A stretch of 64,000 nt of DNA from a virus. The notes below the pieces were generated by a model. It made no database searches. It saw nothing but the letters and a program-made list of their open reading frames with translations, and was not told the DNA's origin. Each line of letters opens with the position of its first letter. The first letter of the stretch is position 1. A program made the translations under genes and the position numbers. This document shows, piece after piece, positions 45,462 through 55,671 of the stretch. The DNA is taken from the IMG/VR virus record IMGVR_UViG_3300047369_000650, positions 64,001 through 128,000 of that record; one strand, given 5' to 3'.

Positions 45462-47492
45462 ATGGCTTTATATACAGCATCAGAGTCTCCGGCAATTATT
45501 ACTCGTGAAGTAGACCTTACTAACGGAGTCCCAAATGTACCAACATCGACAGGTGCATTTGTAGGTGACTTTCGCTGGGGTCCTGTAAATGAGCCGGTAC
45601 TCGTCAACAACGAAGCAACTCTTGCAAACAAATTTGGAAATCCTGATGCCGATAGAGCAATAGATTTCCTAAGTGCTTCAAGTTACTTACAATATTCAGA
45701 CGATCTTTATATCGTTAGAGCAATTACAACTTCAACAGCTACCGGTGGCGCACAGATTCCAGCAGTACTTACTTCAACCCTTGACGGAAATGGCGTTGTT
45801 ACTGCGGTTGCTGTAGCACCAAATGGTGGCTATACTTCAGAACCAACAGTTACAATTTCTACACCCGATTCAGGTGTAACTCCAACATTAACTGTTACAT
45901 ATGATTCCGCAAATGATGAAATTGATGCAATCACTGTATCAGGTTCAGGGTATAGATACGACACAGATCCAGTGTTTACTATTACTGGTGGTGGAAGAGA
46001 AACAGTTGCTGTTAACGCATATGATGCCACAAATACACCAGAAACTTTACCAGTAGTACAAAATGCTGATGGATGGGATACTGATAAAGCAGGTCATGCA
46101 GCTAATAATCATATTACTATTGCTAAGTGGCCAGGTGAACTAGGAAACTCTTTGAAAGTTTGCTATTGCGGCGCTAATGATTCAGACTTTGCCAACTGGA
46201 AATATACAACAACTAGTGGCACAGAAGTTAAATTAAATTCATATTTTGACGGCGCTCCTGGTACATCAAACTTTGCGCAAGAGCGAGGCGCTTCTAATGA
46301 TGAAGTTCACGTGATTGTTATTGATGAAGACGGAGAGTTTAGTGGGGTTCCTAACAGAGTTCTTGAAACTTTCTCATATTTGTCACTTGCTTCTAATGCA
46401 AAAACAACACAAGGTACGGGAAACTATGCTCCTGATGTAATTGCCAGAAGTTCAAATTACATTTGGATTGCAGCAATGCCAGCAGCACTTGGGTCTAATG
46501 CAGGAACTACAGCAGCAAATGGTAAAAACTATGCCGGATCTGGTGTATTAACACATTCAGTAAGTCTTGTAAATGGTTCAAATTCTGGTCCCCTCGGATC
46601 TGGAGAATATGATACAGGTTTTGCTACAGTAAATGATCCAAATGGAACTGCGGTTGATTTCTTAATTGCTCCAGGTATGAGTTCAGCTAGTGATCAGCAA
46701 ACTGTAGTTAATAATATGGTAGTTATTGCTGAAAATACTAGAAAAGACTGTGTTGTTGTTGCTTCTCCAAATAGAGCAGCAGTGGTTGGCAATGCTACAC
46801 CACGGGCATCTATTATTACAGCTCAAGATACTAATAACTTTACACGTAGTTCATATCTATTTGCAGACGCTAACTATCTTAAAGTATATGATAAATTTAA
46901 TGATAGCTATGTGTTTATTCCAGCTGCGGCATCTACAGCCGGTATTATGGCAGCTTCAGATAATAATCAAGCACCTTGGTTTTCACCAGCTGGTACAAGA
47001 AGAGGTCGTTACTTTGGTGTAACATCTCTATCATTTAATCCAGATAAATCAGATAGAGATGAGCTTTATAAAGCTGGATATAATCCGATTGCTAATCTAC
47101 CAGGTCAAGGGATTACACTATTTGGTGATAAAACTCACTTGTCAAGACCTTCAGCATTCGATAGAATTAATGTTCGTAGATTGTTTCTTACTCTTGAAAA
47201 AGCAATATCTTCAGCTGCTCAAAATATTCTCTTTGAATTCAATGATGAATTTACTAGAGCCGAGTTCGTAAATATTGTAGAACCAGTCCTTAGAAATGTT
47301 CAGGGCAGAAGAGGTATTACTGACTTTAAATTAGTATGCGATGAAACTAATAACACCGCAGAAATAATTGATACTAATCAATTTATAGCAAATATCTTCA
47401 TTAAGCCCGCAAGATCAATCAACTTCATTACTCTTAATTTTGTAGCTGTACGATCTGGCGTTTCTTTTGAAGAAGTCGTCGGCGCAGTATAA
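45462..47492 (+). CDS. gp18: Tail sheath protein gp18
   Basis: SPAIITREVDLT, FRWGP, PWFSPAG, FDRINVRRLF and IKPARSINFITLNF. Confidence 0.97.
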   Translation: MALYTASESPAIITREVDLTNGVPNVPTSTGAFVGDFRWGPVNEPVLVNNEATLANKFGNPDADRAIDFLSASSYLQYSDDLYIVRAITTSTATGGAQIPAVLTSTLDGNGVVTAVAVAPNGGYTSEPTVTISTPDSGVTPTLTVTYDSANDEIDAITVSGSGYRYDTDPVFTITGGGRETVAVNAYDATNTPETLPVVQNADGWDTDKAGHAANNHITIAKWPGELGNSLKVCYCGANDSDFANWKYTTTSGTEVKLNSYFDGAPGTSNFAQERGASNDEVHVIVIDEDGEFSGVPNRVLETFSYLSLASNAKTTQGTGNYAPDVIARSSNYIWIAAMPAALGSNAGTTAANGKNYAGSGVLTHSVSLVNGSNSGPLGSGEYDTGFATVNDPNGTAVDFLIAPGMSSASDQQTVVNNMVVIAENTRKDCVVVASPNRAAVVGNATPRASIITAQDTNNFTRSSYLFADANYLKVYDKFNDSYVFIPAAASTAGIMAASDNNQAPWFSPAGTRRGRYFGVTSLSFNPDKSDRDELYKAGYNPIANLPGQGITLFGDKTHLSRPSAFDRINVRRLFLTLEKAISSAAQNILFEFNDEFTRAEFVNIVEPVLRNVQGRRGITDFKLVCDETNNTAEIIDTNQFIANIFIKPARSINFITLNFVAVRSGVSFEEVVGAV

Positions 47493-47507
47493 TAGGGGTA
47501 CAAAAAA

Positions 47508-48050
47508 ATGGCAATTTTAGGCGTAAATGATTTTAAATCAAAACTTAAAGGTGGTGGGGCACGTCCTAACCTCTTTCAAGTAATACTTAGTTTCCCTGCT
47601 TATGTAGCGGGGGATGTTGAACTCGCATCATTCATGATCAAAGCAGCTCAAATGCCGGCTTCTGTTATGGGAACTATTCCTGTGGCATATAGAGGGCGTC
47701 AGTTGCAAATGGCTGGGGATAGAACTTTCGAACCTTGGGCAGTTACTGTTATCAATGATACTGATTTTAATATCAGAAAATCAATGGAACAGTGGATGAA
47801 TGGTATTAACCAACACCAAGCAAATACTGGTATCACTAATCCAGATGATTACCAAGTTGATGCAGCTGTACAACAGTTAGATAAAGATGGTTCTGTTCTC
47901 TATGAATATAGATTTAGAGGTATCTTTCCAACTGCTATTAGTGCAATTGATGTATCATATGAAAATGTGGATACAATTGAAGAGTTCGGCGTAGAATTTC
48001 AGATTCAGTATTGGGAGTCAATCGCTCCTGATGGATTTGTAACTTCTTAA
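47508..48050 (+). CDS. gp19: Tail tube protein gp19
   Basis: GGARPNLF, GDRTFEPW and IEEFGVEF. Confidence 0.95.
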   Translation: MAILGVNDFKSKLKGGGARPNLFQVILSFPAYVAGDVELASFMIKAAQMPASVMGTIPVAYRGRQLQMAGDRTFEPWAVTVINDTDFNIRKSMEQWMNGINQHQANTGITNPDDYQVDAAVQQLDKDGSVLYEYRFRGIFPTAISAIDVSYENVDTIEEFGVEFQIQYWESIAPDGFVTS

Positions 48051-48070
48051 AAGTTGAATAAATATAATTT

Positions 48071-48099
48071 GGTTAGGGGAGTTATTCCCCTAACCTTTA
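48071..48099 (+). terminator. Hairpin between gp19 and gp20 (terminator-like)
   Basis: GGTTAGGGGA-GTTAT-TCCCCTAACC followed by TTTA. Confidence 0.7.
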
Positions 48100-48117
48100 T
48101 ATAGTTAAAGGATAGTT

Positions 48118-49635
48118 ATGGCAGATAATTCACTTAAACTCTTTGGATTTGAAATCAAAAGAGCCAATTCATCTGAAAAAGCCCAGCAGAAGATTAAATC
48201 AGTTGTACCAAAAGCTGATGATGACGGTGCTGGTTACATTACTGCATCTGGTAGTCACTTTGGTCAATACTTAGATATTGATGGAAGTGCTGCAAAAGAT
48301 AACTATCAGATGATAAGAAAATATCGTGGTGTAGCAGTACACCCCGAAGTTGACAATGCTATTGAAGACATTGTTAATGAATCAATAGTAGGAAGCGACG
48401 ATACTGATCCTATTAGCCTTACGCTTGAGGATGTTGATTTTCCAGAAAACATTAAAAAGCAAGTACAAGAAGAATTTACTAATATTTTGGGTATGTTAAA
48501 CTTTGAAGAAAATGGCCACGATATATTTAGAAGATGGTATGTTGATGGTAGAATATATCACCATTTAGTAGTTGACGAAAAGAATGAAAAAGCTGGCATT
48601 CAAGATATTCGTTTTATTGATGCTATGAAGATTCGTAAAATGAAGGAGGTAAAGAAGAAAAAAGATCCTCTTACTAATGCCGATATTATAGATAGCGTAA
48701 ACGAATATTATGTTTATCAAGAAAAACCAGGACAGCAGAAAGATGCAGTTAAGTTTACTCTTGATTCAATTAGTTATGTCACATCTGGTTTGCTTGATGA
48801 GACTCGAAAAAAAGTAGTATCTCATCTACACAAATCAATTAAACCGATTAACCAGTTAAGAATGATGGAAGACTCGCTTGTTATCTATAGACTTGCTAGA
48901 GCACCAGAAAGAAGAATTTTTTATATTGATGTAGGTAATCTTCCGAAGGGTAAAGCAGAAGAATATATGAAAAATATTATGACAAAGTATCGTAATAAAT
49001 TAGTATATGATGCTCAGAACGGAGAGTTAAGAGACGATCGCAAACATATGTCTATGTTGGAAGATTTTTGGTTACCTCGTAGAGAGGGCGGTAGAGGTAC
49101 TGAAATCTCTACTCTACCAGGAGGTGAAAATCTTGGTCAGATAGATGATATTGTTTATTTTCAAAAACGTGTATATAGATCACTCAATGTTCCTATTAGT
49201 AGATTAGAACAAGAAGCACAATTTTCTCTCGGTCGATCAAATGAAATATCAAGAGATGAAGTTAAATTTCAAAAATTTATTGATAGACTACGCAAAAAGT
49301 TTAGTCATCTATTCTTAAATATTTTAAAGAAACAGCTTATCTTAAAAAAGATTATTACCGATGCTGATTGGGATAATCATAAAATTAATTTTAAGATTGA
49401 CTATGCTAGAGATAATTATTTTGCGGAATCTAAAGAAAGTGAGATATTAAAAGAACGTATTCAAACTCTTGATATGATGCAACAGTATGTTGGAGAGTAC
49501 TATACTAAAGATTGGGTTATGAGAAATGTTCTAAAGTTTTCTGAAGAAGATATGAAAAATATGGAACAAGATGTAGAAGACGAAAATAAAGAAAAAGCGG
49601 ATGAGATAGATAATATTGAATCTGATAACGAATAG
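48118..49635 (+). CDS. gp20: Portal protein gp20
   Basis: RRWYVDGR, YRLARAPERRIFYIDVG and EDFWLPRREGGRGTEI. Confidence 0.97.
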   Translation: MADNSLKLFGFEIKRANSSEKAQQKIKSVVPKADDDGAGYITASGSHFGQYLDIDGSAAKDNYQMIRKYRGVAVHPEVDNAIEDIVNESIVGSDDTDPISLTLEDVDFPENIKKQVQEEFTNILGMLNFEENGHDIFRRWYVDGRIYHHLVVDEKNEKAGIQDIRFIDAMKIRKMKEVKKKKDPLTNADIIDSVNEYYVYQEKPGQQKDAVKFTLDSISYVTSGLLDETRKKVVSHLHKSIKPINQLRMMEDSLVIYRLARAPERRIFYIDVGNLPKGKAEEYMKNIMTKYRNKLVYDAQNGELRDDRKHMSMLEDFWLPRREGGRGTEISTLPGGENLGQIDDIVYFQKRVYRSLNVPISRLEQEAQFSLGRSNEISRDEVKFQKFIDRLRKKFSHLFLNILKKQLILKKIITDADWDNHKINFKIDYARDNYFAESKESEILKERIQTLDMMQQYVGEYYTKDWVMRNVLKFSEEDMKNMEQDVEDENKEKADEIDNIESDNE

Positions 49636-49650
49636 CTCGAAGTTTAAATA

Positions 49651-52600
49651 ATGTATGATTTAGTTTCCTATATCACGAACAAAGGGCAAAGAGGGACAAT
49701 AGATCCCTCTAGTTCCCCTGGCGTAATTGCTAGAACGATTGATTATGATACCGTTTGGGTTGAGTTTTCGGTCGACTTAGAAACTCCACCTAATCCAGAT
49801 TATATTCGTGGTTGGTTTTTTACCGATGAAACATTACCTGGTTATAGTTTTTTTCCTAATTCTTCAGCCATACAAACTGGAACTAATCCACCAGATAAAA
49901 AGTTATATACGTCTAATGTTCCAGTTAGACTATATCTTGATGAAGACACAATAATTGATCCTCAAGGAAATAGAGTATTAGATTTTAGATTAAGTACTGC
50001 AGTTGCTCAATCTGAAAGTTCTTTAAAAAATGGGCAGTGGATAGAAAGCACAGCCGCCGATATTATATTTACAATATATGCAAATGGTAATCCTGCGCAA
50101 GTATTTTTAGATGTGTTGCCAGTGGACGAATTTGAATCTGATTTTGGTTCACCAACAAATAGTCTTACTATAGATTCCGCATATATTAATGGAATGAGAG
50201 TTGACTCAGCTCATATTAGACATTTAGCATATGTGAATCTTATTGAAGGTGATTCTGCTCAATTTGAACATATTGCCACAAATACTTTGGCAGCTAACAC
50301 TCTTATCACAGATTTAGAAATTAATGGTCAGAAAATATATGGTGTTGGATCAGCACTTAGCGGTAATACATTAGATTTAGATTACGACGAGCCAACTGAT
50401 AGAGACAATAGTGTAGCAATTACTTCGTTACAATCTATACATAATTTTTTAGATGTCAATAATAGCGAAACCGGAAATTATTGGGCACTATATAACAATT
50501 TAAATGCATATACTGATACTATTAATAAAAATAATGCCATTTTTAGTATTGATGAAACTGGTGCTGTTGTAGCAAAATCTCTTGAAGTCAACCAGTATAT
50601 TTTAGATAGTGGCGGATTAAAATGGTCTAAAGATAGTAATGTAAAAATATACTATGATAGCGATGTTCAAGCTTGGAGAATAGAACCAGATTTATTTGGT
50701 TATGCAGACTCTGTAACACCAGGCGCTGATTCAGACTTATCTTTATCTTCAGATAATTTACTTTTAAATCTTTCTGGAAAAGATGGACAATTCTTATCTT
50801 ATGGAGAAGCATCTGAAGCATATTATTTAGATTATGCACTTAAAACTGGTAGATTTATATTTGACGATGATCAGTTAAATGAAGAAAAAGAGTTTATTCC
50901 AGACACTCAACTTGAGTCTATGGATTCTCAGGGTAAGTACAAATACTACGATCAGTTCAGTAATTTTTCTCACTATAATATAAGAGAATTTGATAGTGAT
51001 CCCGTTGAAAATTTTACCTTTCCTTTTAATGATTCAGACGCTCAAGTATTAAGATATGACGAAATCACTAATAGCATTTATAGTGATTTTGCACCAAGAA
51101 CATTTGCTGGTTTTATATCACCTAAAAGATATAACTCATATAATATAAAAGCAACATTTAGTTCTACTACAGCTACAGATTTTCCAATATTTCTAGTAGT
51201 AGCACAGCTAAAAATAAGAGGTAGAGAATATACTATTAGTGCTTTTAGGAGACCAAAAGGCATTCTTCAAGAGCATAGTGATTATTTAGAGCTTGACCAT
51301 ATTGCTGTAAACCCACCTTCATGGGGCTTAGTTTACAACTACGGACAATCAGATGAATATTACTTTGATTTTGATTGGGTGACAAGAGGAATGGCACCAG
51401 CACCAGTTACACCAACATTTGATGGGCAATCTACTAGCGATTGGGTTTCTGCTGGTCAGACAACTGTATGGGGATATAAAGATAATAATATATTATTTGT
51501 TGCAACAAATCAATTTGGTTCTACAGATATAGAAAATCCAGAATTAAAAACTGTAATTTTATTAAATATAGAAGAAGAAATAGCAGCGGGCAGTACATTT
51601 TTAGAGCCGTTTTTAAATGCAGAAACATCTTATGGATTTGGTACACAAAACCAGACTAATGCTGTTATAACAAACATTTTATTTACAACCGAAGATAACG
51701 ATAAAAATATATTTGATTTAAAAAATGATTTAATTTATACCTTTGTTTCAGATAGAGAAAAAGATGAATTTGGGGTTAATTCTTCTGGATATTATATTTT
51801 AGATAGTAGTGTCGGTGTTGATCAAGTAATGAATACTGGTAGACTATTTTATAATGATAGATCAAAAATACTATACTGGAAAGATCCAGATAATTCGTAT
51901 CAGCTTATAAAAGAAGTTGATTTAAGTGGCTTACCTCAAAGTTCTGCATATGTAGAAATGAGGGGAACCGGATTAAATAATAATTCTCCAGCATATCTTT
52001 ACATCGATAACGAAACAGAATATTTTGAGTTTAATCAAAATCCTATTTTATTAAAAGGTTATCATGGGCATGGTAGAGGATTAAATCTTACTACATTTGA
52101 TACTGTCGGCACAAAACTTTCTTCGACTACATTTGATACACACGGATCAGACTCAAATTCCACTTTACTTTCTGATGCAATTAATAATATGACTAATGGT
52201 CATATTGGTGCAATAACATCATATGATGCTTGGATAGCAAATGTAAATGATACTCTCAGAACTACTGCCTTCGACCAAGGATTAATGAAACTCTATAATG
52301 CACCAACAAGTCCTATTAGAAATCCGTATGCTGCAGTATTTCAGAAAACCGGTATTAATGGGACCGTAAAAGCACATGAAATAAGTAGTGATGATTCTTC
52401 AGCTTCTCTATATGCAGATTTAACATTTAGTATTACAAGAGGCACATTTCACACATATGGTCCAGAGCAGCCAAACTCTTTATCGTCTTGGAACGGTAAA
52501 AGAGAGGCTTGGATAGATGAAAATCATAATACTAAAATTAATAATACTCTTATGCTTACCGAAGGTAGATATAAAGGTATGGCATTTGAAGGAACATCTT

Positions 52601-55600
52601 TTACTGCTAGTGGTATTAATGAAGATAGTGCTAGAATTTATCTTACATCAGAAGAAGATTCTCAGAGAACAATGGTTCTTAAAGTTGGAGATAATCTTAG
52701 TGATAAGATAGCATTTGAAGTTCCTGATAATGATGGCGTATTACAAAACGGGTTTATAAATTTTCATAGAGGTAATTTACATATTGTATTTGATCAAACA
52801 CCACAACTAGGTGGCGATTTAGATGTACAACAGTTTAGAATGTATAGAGAAAATTTAAATAATGAAATGATTGATCTTGGTTATACTTTAGGTTACGGTA
52901 GTAATAGTATAGCAATTTCGGCACGGCAAAGTATATTTAATTTCTTAGACAATAATAATAACGAAGAAGATAATTTCTTTGGTATATTTTCCAATAAAAA
53001 TGCTAATTTAGAAGCCACAACTGTAGATGATGCTGTTTTTGCTGTTATGGAAGACGGGTCTATAAAATTTAATTTCGAAGATTCTTCGACTACCATAACA
53101 GAAATAGGGACTAGTACCGGAAGACAAGAGGGTTTAACAACCGATGACGTTCCGGAAGGACCATCAGGATTAAATCTATATTTTGATTCTGCTAGAATGT
53201 TTATAGCACTAAAGCACGAAAATACTAATAATAACTCTGTATATGATGCTGCCGGTGGCGGTATAGGTAATATTAATGTTAATCAAGCAACTAAAACAAT
53301 TGAATTTGAAGGTATTACTAATACAGATGGATTACCAGAAGGTGCTAATAATTTATACTTTACAGACGAAAGAGCACAAGATGCTGTTGGTAATATTATG
53401 TCTGGTGATGATGATATATTAGTTACTTATACTGATAATGGCGGCGCAGCGGGCACTATAGAAATAACATCGACACTTACGCAAGGATCGGTATTTGGAT
53501 TACAAACTAAGTATGAATTACAGGGCGATGGAACAGCATCTAATAATGGACAAATAAAATTAAATATTGATTCTAATGGGGTCTCAAGAACTGAAACTAT
53601 TACAGTTACTGGTCTTAATGGAATCAATATTGATGGTTCTGGTACAAACTCATTAGTAGTTGATGCAGGTTCTTTAGTTAAAACTTATTCAGTATCAAGC
53701 GGTGATGTAACGGGCGGATCTAAACTAATTCTCACTGAAACTGATGTTGATAATAATACGGTAGATGATCAGGTTAGCTTTTTAGGTGCCGATGGTATTT
53801 CAGTATCTCAAGCCTCTGATGCAATAACAATATCTGGAATTGATCTTCAAGCTGTAAGTACGATTACAGCAAATCAGACTGGTGGTAATAGTTTTATAAC
53901 TTTAAATGATTCTAGCCCTGTTGCTGGAATTACTACAACTAATTTAGGTGTTACTGGAGCAAACGGTATTGAAATTAGTGTTGATAGTAATGGTGCAGGT
54001 AATGCTACTTTGGGTATCAGTGCAGCCGCTCTTCAAATTACTTCTACGCTACAAGCTAATGCATCTGCTGCCGGTGTTGATACTAGAATTACTTTTACCG
54101 AAACAGATGCTGCATCAAATTCTACAGCACAATTTATAGAATTTACTGGTACTGGCGGTATAACAGTTTCGTCTATAGCACCAGCCGGTGTTCATGACGG
54201 AATAATAACAATTGGTGCGGATAGTATGCACCACCCAAATACTACATATATTGCCAAGTTTGCTGATCCGCCTGGTGTTACAGAGAATGAAGTTGATTTT
54301 AAATTAATACACCAAGGTCCAGATAGTGGCGAAGATACAACACTAAAGATTAAATCTGTCGATGGTATTTTAACAAGAGAATCTGATGGAGAACTTGTTA
54401 TTGGTGCAATAGTTCAGATTGAACAGATTAATAACGAGACAATTACATTTTCAACTGATGCAACTGATGCTGCAATTTCTCTTGGCACTACAACCGAGTT
54501 TACAACAAATAGTTCTACATCAGAAACAATTACAATTAATCATGGTGCTACAGGATCTGGCGCTGCCCAAACTTCTGCAAATAGTGGTCAAACTGTTATA
54601 CAGAATATTTCACTGGATAAATTTGGCCATGTACAATCAATTACTAATGGTACAGTTGTTGGTCAATATCTTATGGCTGCAACTGGTGTTAATGAAGCCA
54701 ATCTAAGATTTGATACTCAGGCTAATGGACAAAGTGGTTCTGCACAAGATGTAACCCTTAAGGGTGGTGGGGCTGTTGTAGTAAGGTACGTAAACTCAAC
54801 AGAAATAGAAATTGATGTAGATAGTTCACAGTTTGCGCTTGGTTCTATAGGTGGTCATACCGACGTAGATATTACTACGAACGCACCAACTAATGGTCAA
54901 GCTTTAAAATGGAATGGAACAAATTTTGTTCCTGGCGATGTTGCTGTTTCTCTTGCAATGGATGATCTTTCAGATGTTAGTACAGCGGGTATAACTAATG
55001 GTCAAGCTATAATTTATAATGGAACATCTTTTGTTGCAGGTGATGCAGGAGAGACATATACCGCAGGAACTGGACTTTCTCTTGATGTAAATAATGAATT
55101 TACTAATACCGCCCCTGATCAAACAGTATCTTTAACAGGTAGTGGAGCAACATCTGTCAGTGGAACATATCCTAGCTTTACTATTAGTAGCACAGATACG
55201 AACACTGACACAACATATTCAGCTGGTAACGGCATTAGTTTAAGCGGTACCACATTTAGTGTTGGTGCTGGTAGTGGATTAACTCAAACTACGGGCGGCT
55301 TAGGAATGTCTGGGTCTTACACTGGTAATTTCCTTCTTACTGGCGCCTTTACAGCAACTGGAGATATTACTGCATTCGGAACATCTGATAAAAGATTAAA
55401 GACTAATATTTCTGTAATTGATAATGCTTTAGATAAGATAAATAAAATTTCTGGATATACATTTAACTGGAATGAATTAGCGGAAGATAAAGATCAAACT
55501 CTTAGAGAGGCTGGAGTTTTAGCCCAAGAAGTTGAAGAAGTATTACCAGAAGTTACTACAACAAGAGAAGATGGGTATAAAGCTGTTAGATATGAAAAAC

Positions 55601-55671
55601 TGGTTCCATTATTAATTGAAGCAATTAAAGAACTTTCCGAAAAAGTTGAAAGACTTGAAAGGGAAAAATAA
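49651..55671 (+). CDS. 2006-aa tail fibre with ILEI/PANDER-like domain and C-terminal peptidase S74 intramolecular chaperone
   Basis: C-terminal SDKRLKTNI...GVLAQEVEEVLPE...VRYEKLVPLLIEAIKEL; GRGLNLTTFD...TFDTH...AITSYDAW; EGxNNLYFT repeats. Confidence 0.85.
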   Translation: MYDLVSYITNKGQRGTIDPSSSPGVIARTIDYDTVWVEFSVDLETPPNPDYIRGWFFTDETLPGYSFFPNSSAIQTGTNPPDKKLYTSNVPVRLYLDEDTIIDPQGNRVLDFRLSTAVAQSESSLKNGQWIESTAADIIFTIYANGNPAQVFLDVLPVDEFESDFGSPTNSLTIDSAYINGMRVDSAHIRHLAYVNLIEGDSAQFEHIATNTLAANTLITDLEINGQKIYGVGSALSGNTLDLDYDEPTDRDNSVAITSLQSIHNFLDVNNSETGNYWALYNNLNAYTDTINKNNAIFSIDETGAVVAKSLEVNQYILDSGGLKWSKDSNVKIYYDSDVQAWRIEPDLFGYADSVTPGADSDLSLSSDNLLLNLSGKDGQFLSYGEASEAYYLDYALKTGRFIFDDDQLNEEKEFIPDTQLESMDSQGKYKYYDQFSNFSHYNIREFDSDPVENFTFPFNDSDAQVLRYDEITNSIYSDFAPRTFAGFISPKRYNSYNIKATFSSTTATDFPIFLVVAQLKIRGREYTISAFRRPKGILQEHSDYLELDHIAVNPPSWGLVYNYGQSDEYYFDFDWVTRGMAPAPVTPTFDGQSTSDWVSAGQTTVWGYKDNNILFVATNQFGSTDIENPELKTVILLNIEEEIAAGSTFLEPFLNAETSYGFGTQNQTNAVITNILFTTEDNDKNIFDLKNDLIYTFVSDREKDEFGVNSSGYYILDSSVGVDQVMNTGRLFYNDRSKILYWKDPDNSYQLIKEVDLSGLPQSSAYVEMRGTGLNNNSPAYLYIDNETEYFEFNQNPILLKGYHGHGRGLNLTTFDTVGTKLSSTTFDTHGSDSNSTLLSDAINNMTNGHIGAITSYDAWIANVNDTLRTTAFDQGLMKLYNAPTSPIRNPYAAVFQKTGINGTVKAHEISSDDSSASLYADLTFSITRGTFHTYGPEQPNSLSSWNGKREAWIDENHNTKINNTLMLTEGRYKGMAFEGTSFTASGINEDSARIYLTSEEDSQRTMVLKVGDNLSDKIAFEVPDNDGVLQNGFINFHRGNLHIVFDQTPQLGGDLDVQQFRMYRENLNNEMIDLGYTLGYGSNSIAISARQSIFNFLDNNNNEEDNFFGIFSNKNANLEATTVDDAVFAVMEDGSIKFNFEDSSTTITEIGTSTGRQEGLTTDDVPEGPSGLNLYFDSARMFIALKHENTNNNSVYDAAGGGIGNINVNQATKTIEFEGITNTDGLPEGANNLYFTDERAQDAVGNIMSGDDDILVTYTDNGGAAGTIEITSTLTQGSVFGLQTKYELQGDGTASNNGQIKLNIDSNGVSRTETITVTGLNGINIDGSGTNSLVVDAGSLVKTYSVSSGDVTGGSKLILTETDVDNNTVDDQVSFLGADGISVSQASDAITISGIDLQAVSTITANQTGGNSFITLNDSSPVAGITTTNLGVTGANGIEISVDSNGAGNATLGISAAALQITSTLQANASAAGVDTRITFTETDAASNSTAQFIEFTGTGGITVSSIAPAGVHDGIITIGADSMHHPNTTYIAKFADPPGVTENEVDFKLIHQGPDSGEDTTLKIKSVDGILTRESDGELVIGAIVQIEQINNETITFSTDATDAAISLGTTTEFTTNSSTSETITINHGATGSGAAQTSANSGQTVIQNISLDKFGHVQSITNGTVVGQYLMAATGVNEANLRFDTQANGQSGSAQDVTLKGGGAVVVRYVNSTEIEIDVDSSQFALGSIGGHTDVDITTNAPTNGQALKWNGTNFVPGDVAVSLAMDDLSDVSTAGITNGQAIIYNGTSFVAGDAGETYTAGTGLSLDVNNEFTNTAPDQTVSLTGSGATSVSGTYPSFTISSTDTNTDTTYSAGNGISLSGTTFSVGAGSGLTQTTGGLGMSGSYTGNFLLTGAFTATGDITAFGTSDKRLKTNISVIDNALDKINKISGYTFNWNELAEDKDQTLREAGVLAQEVEEVLPEVTTTREDGYKAVRYEKLVPLLIEAIKELSEKVERLEREK

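Noticed and set aside
45720-46030. Foreign insertion in the tail sheath gene
   Set aside because: The Thr/Val-rich Ig-like segment is in frame, and surface domain insertions are common in T4-like gp18; not unusual enough to report.
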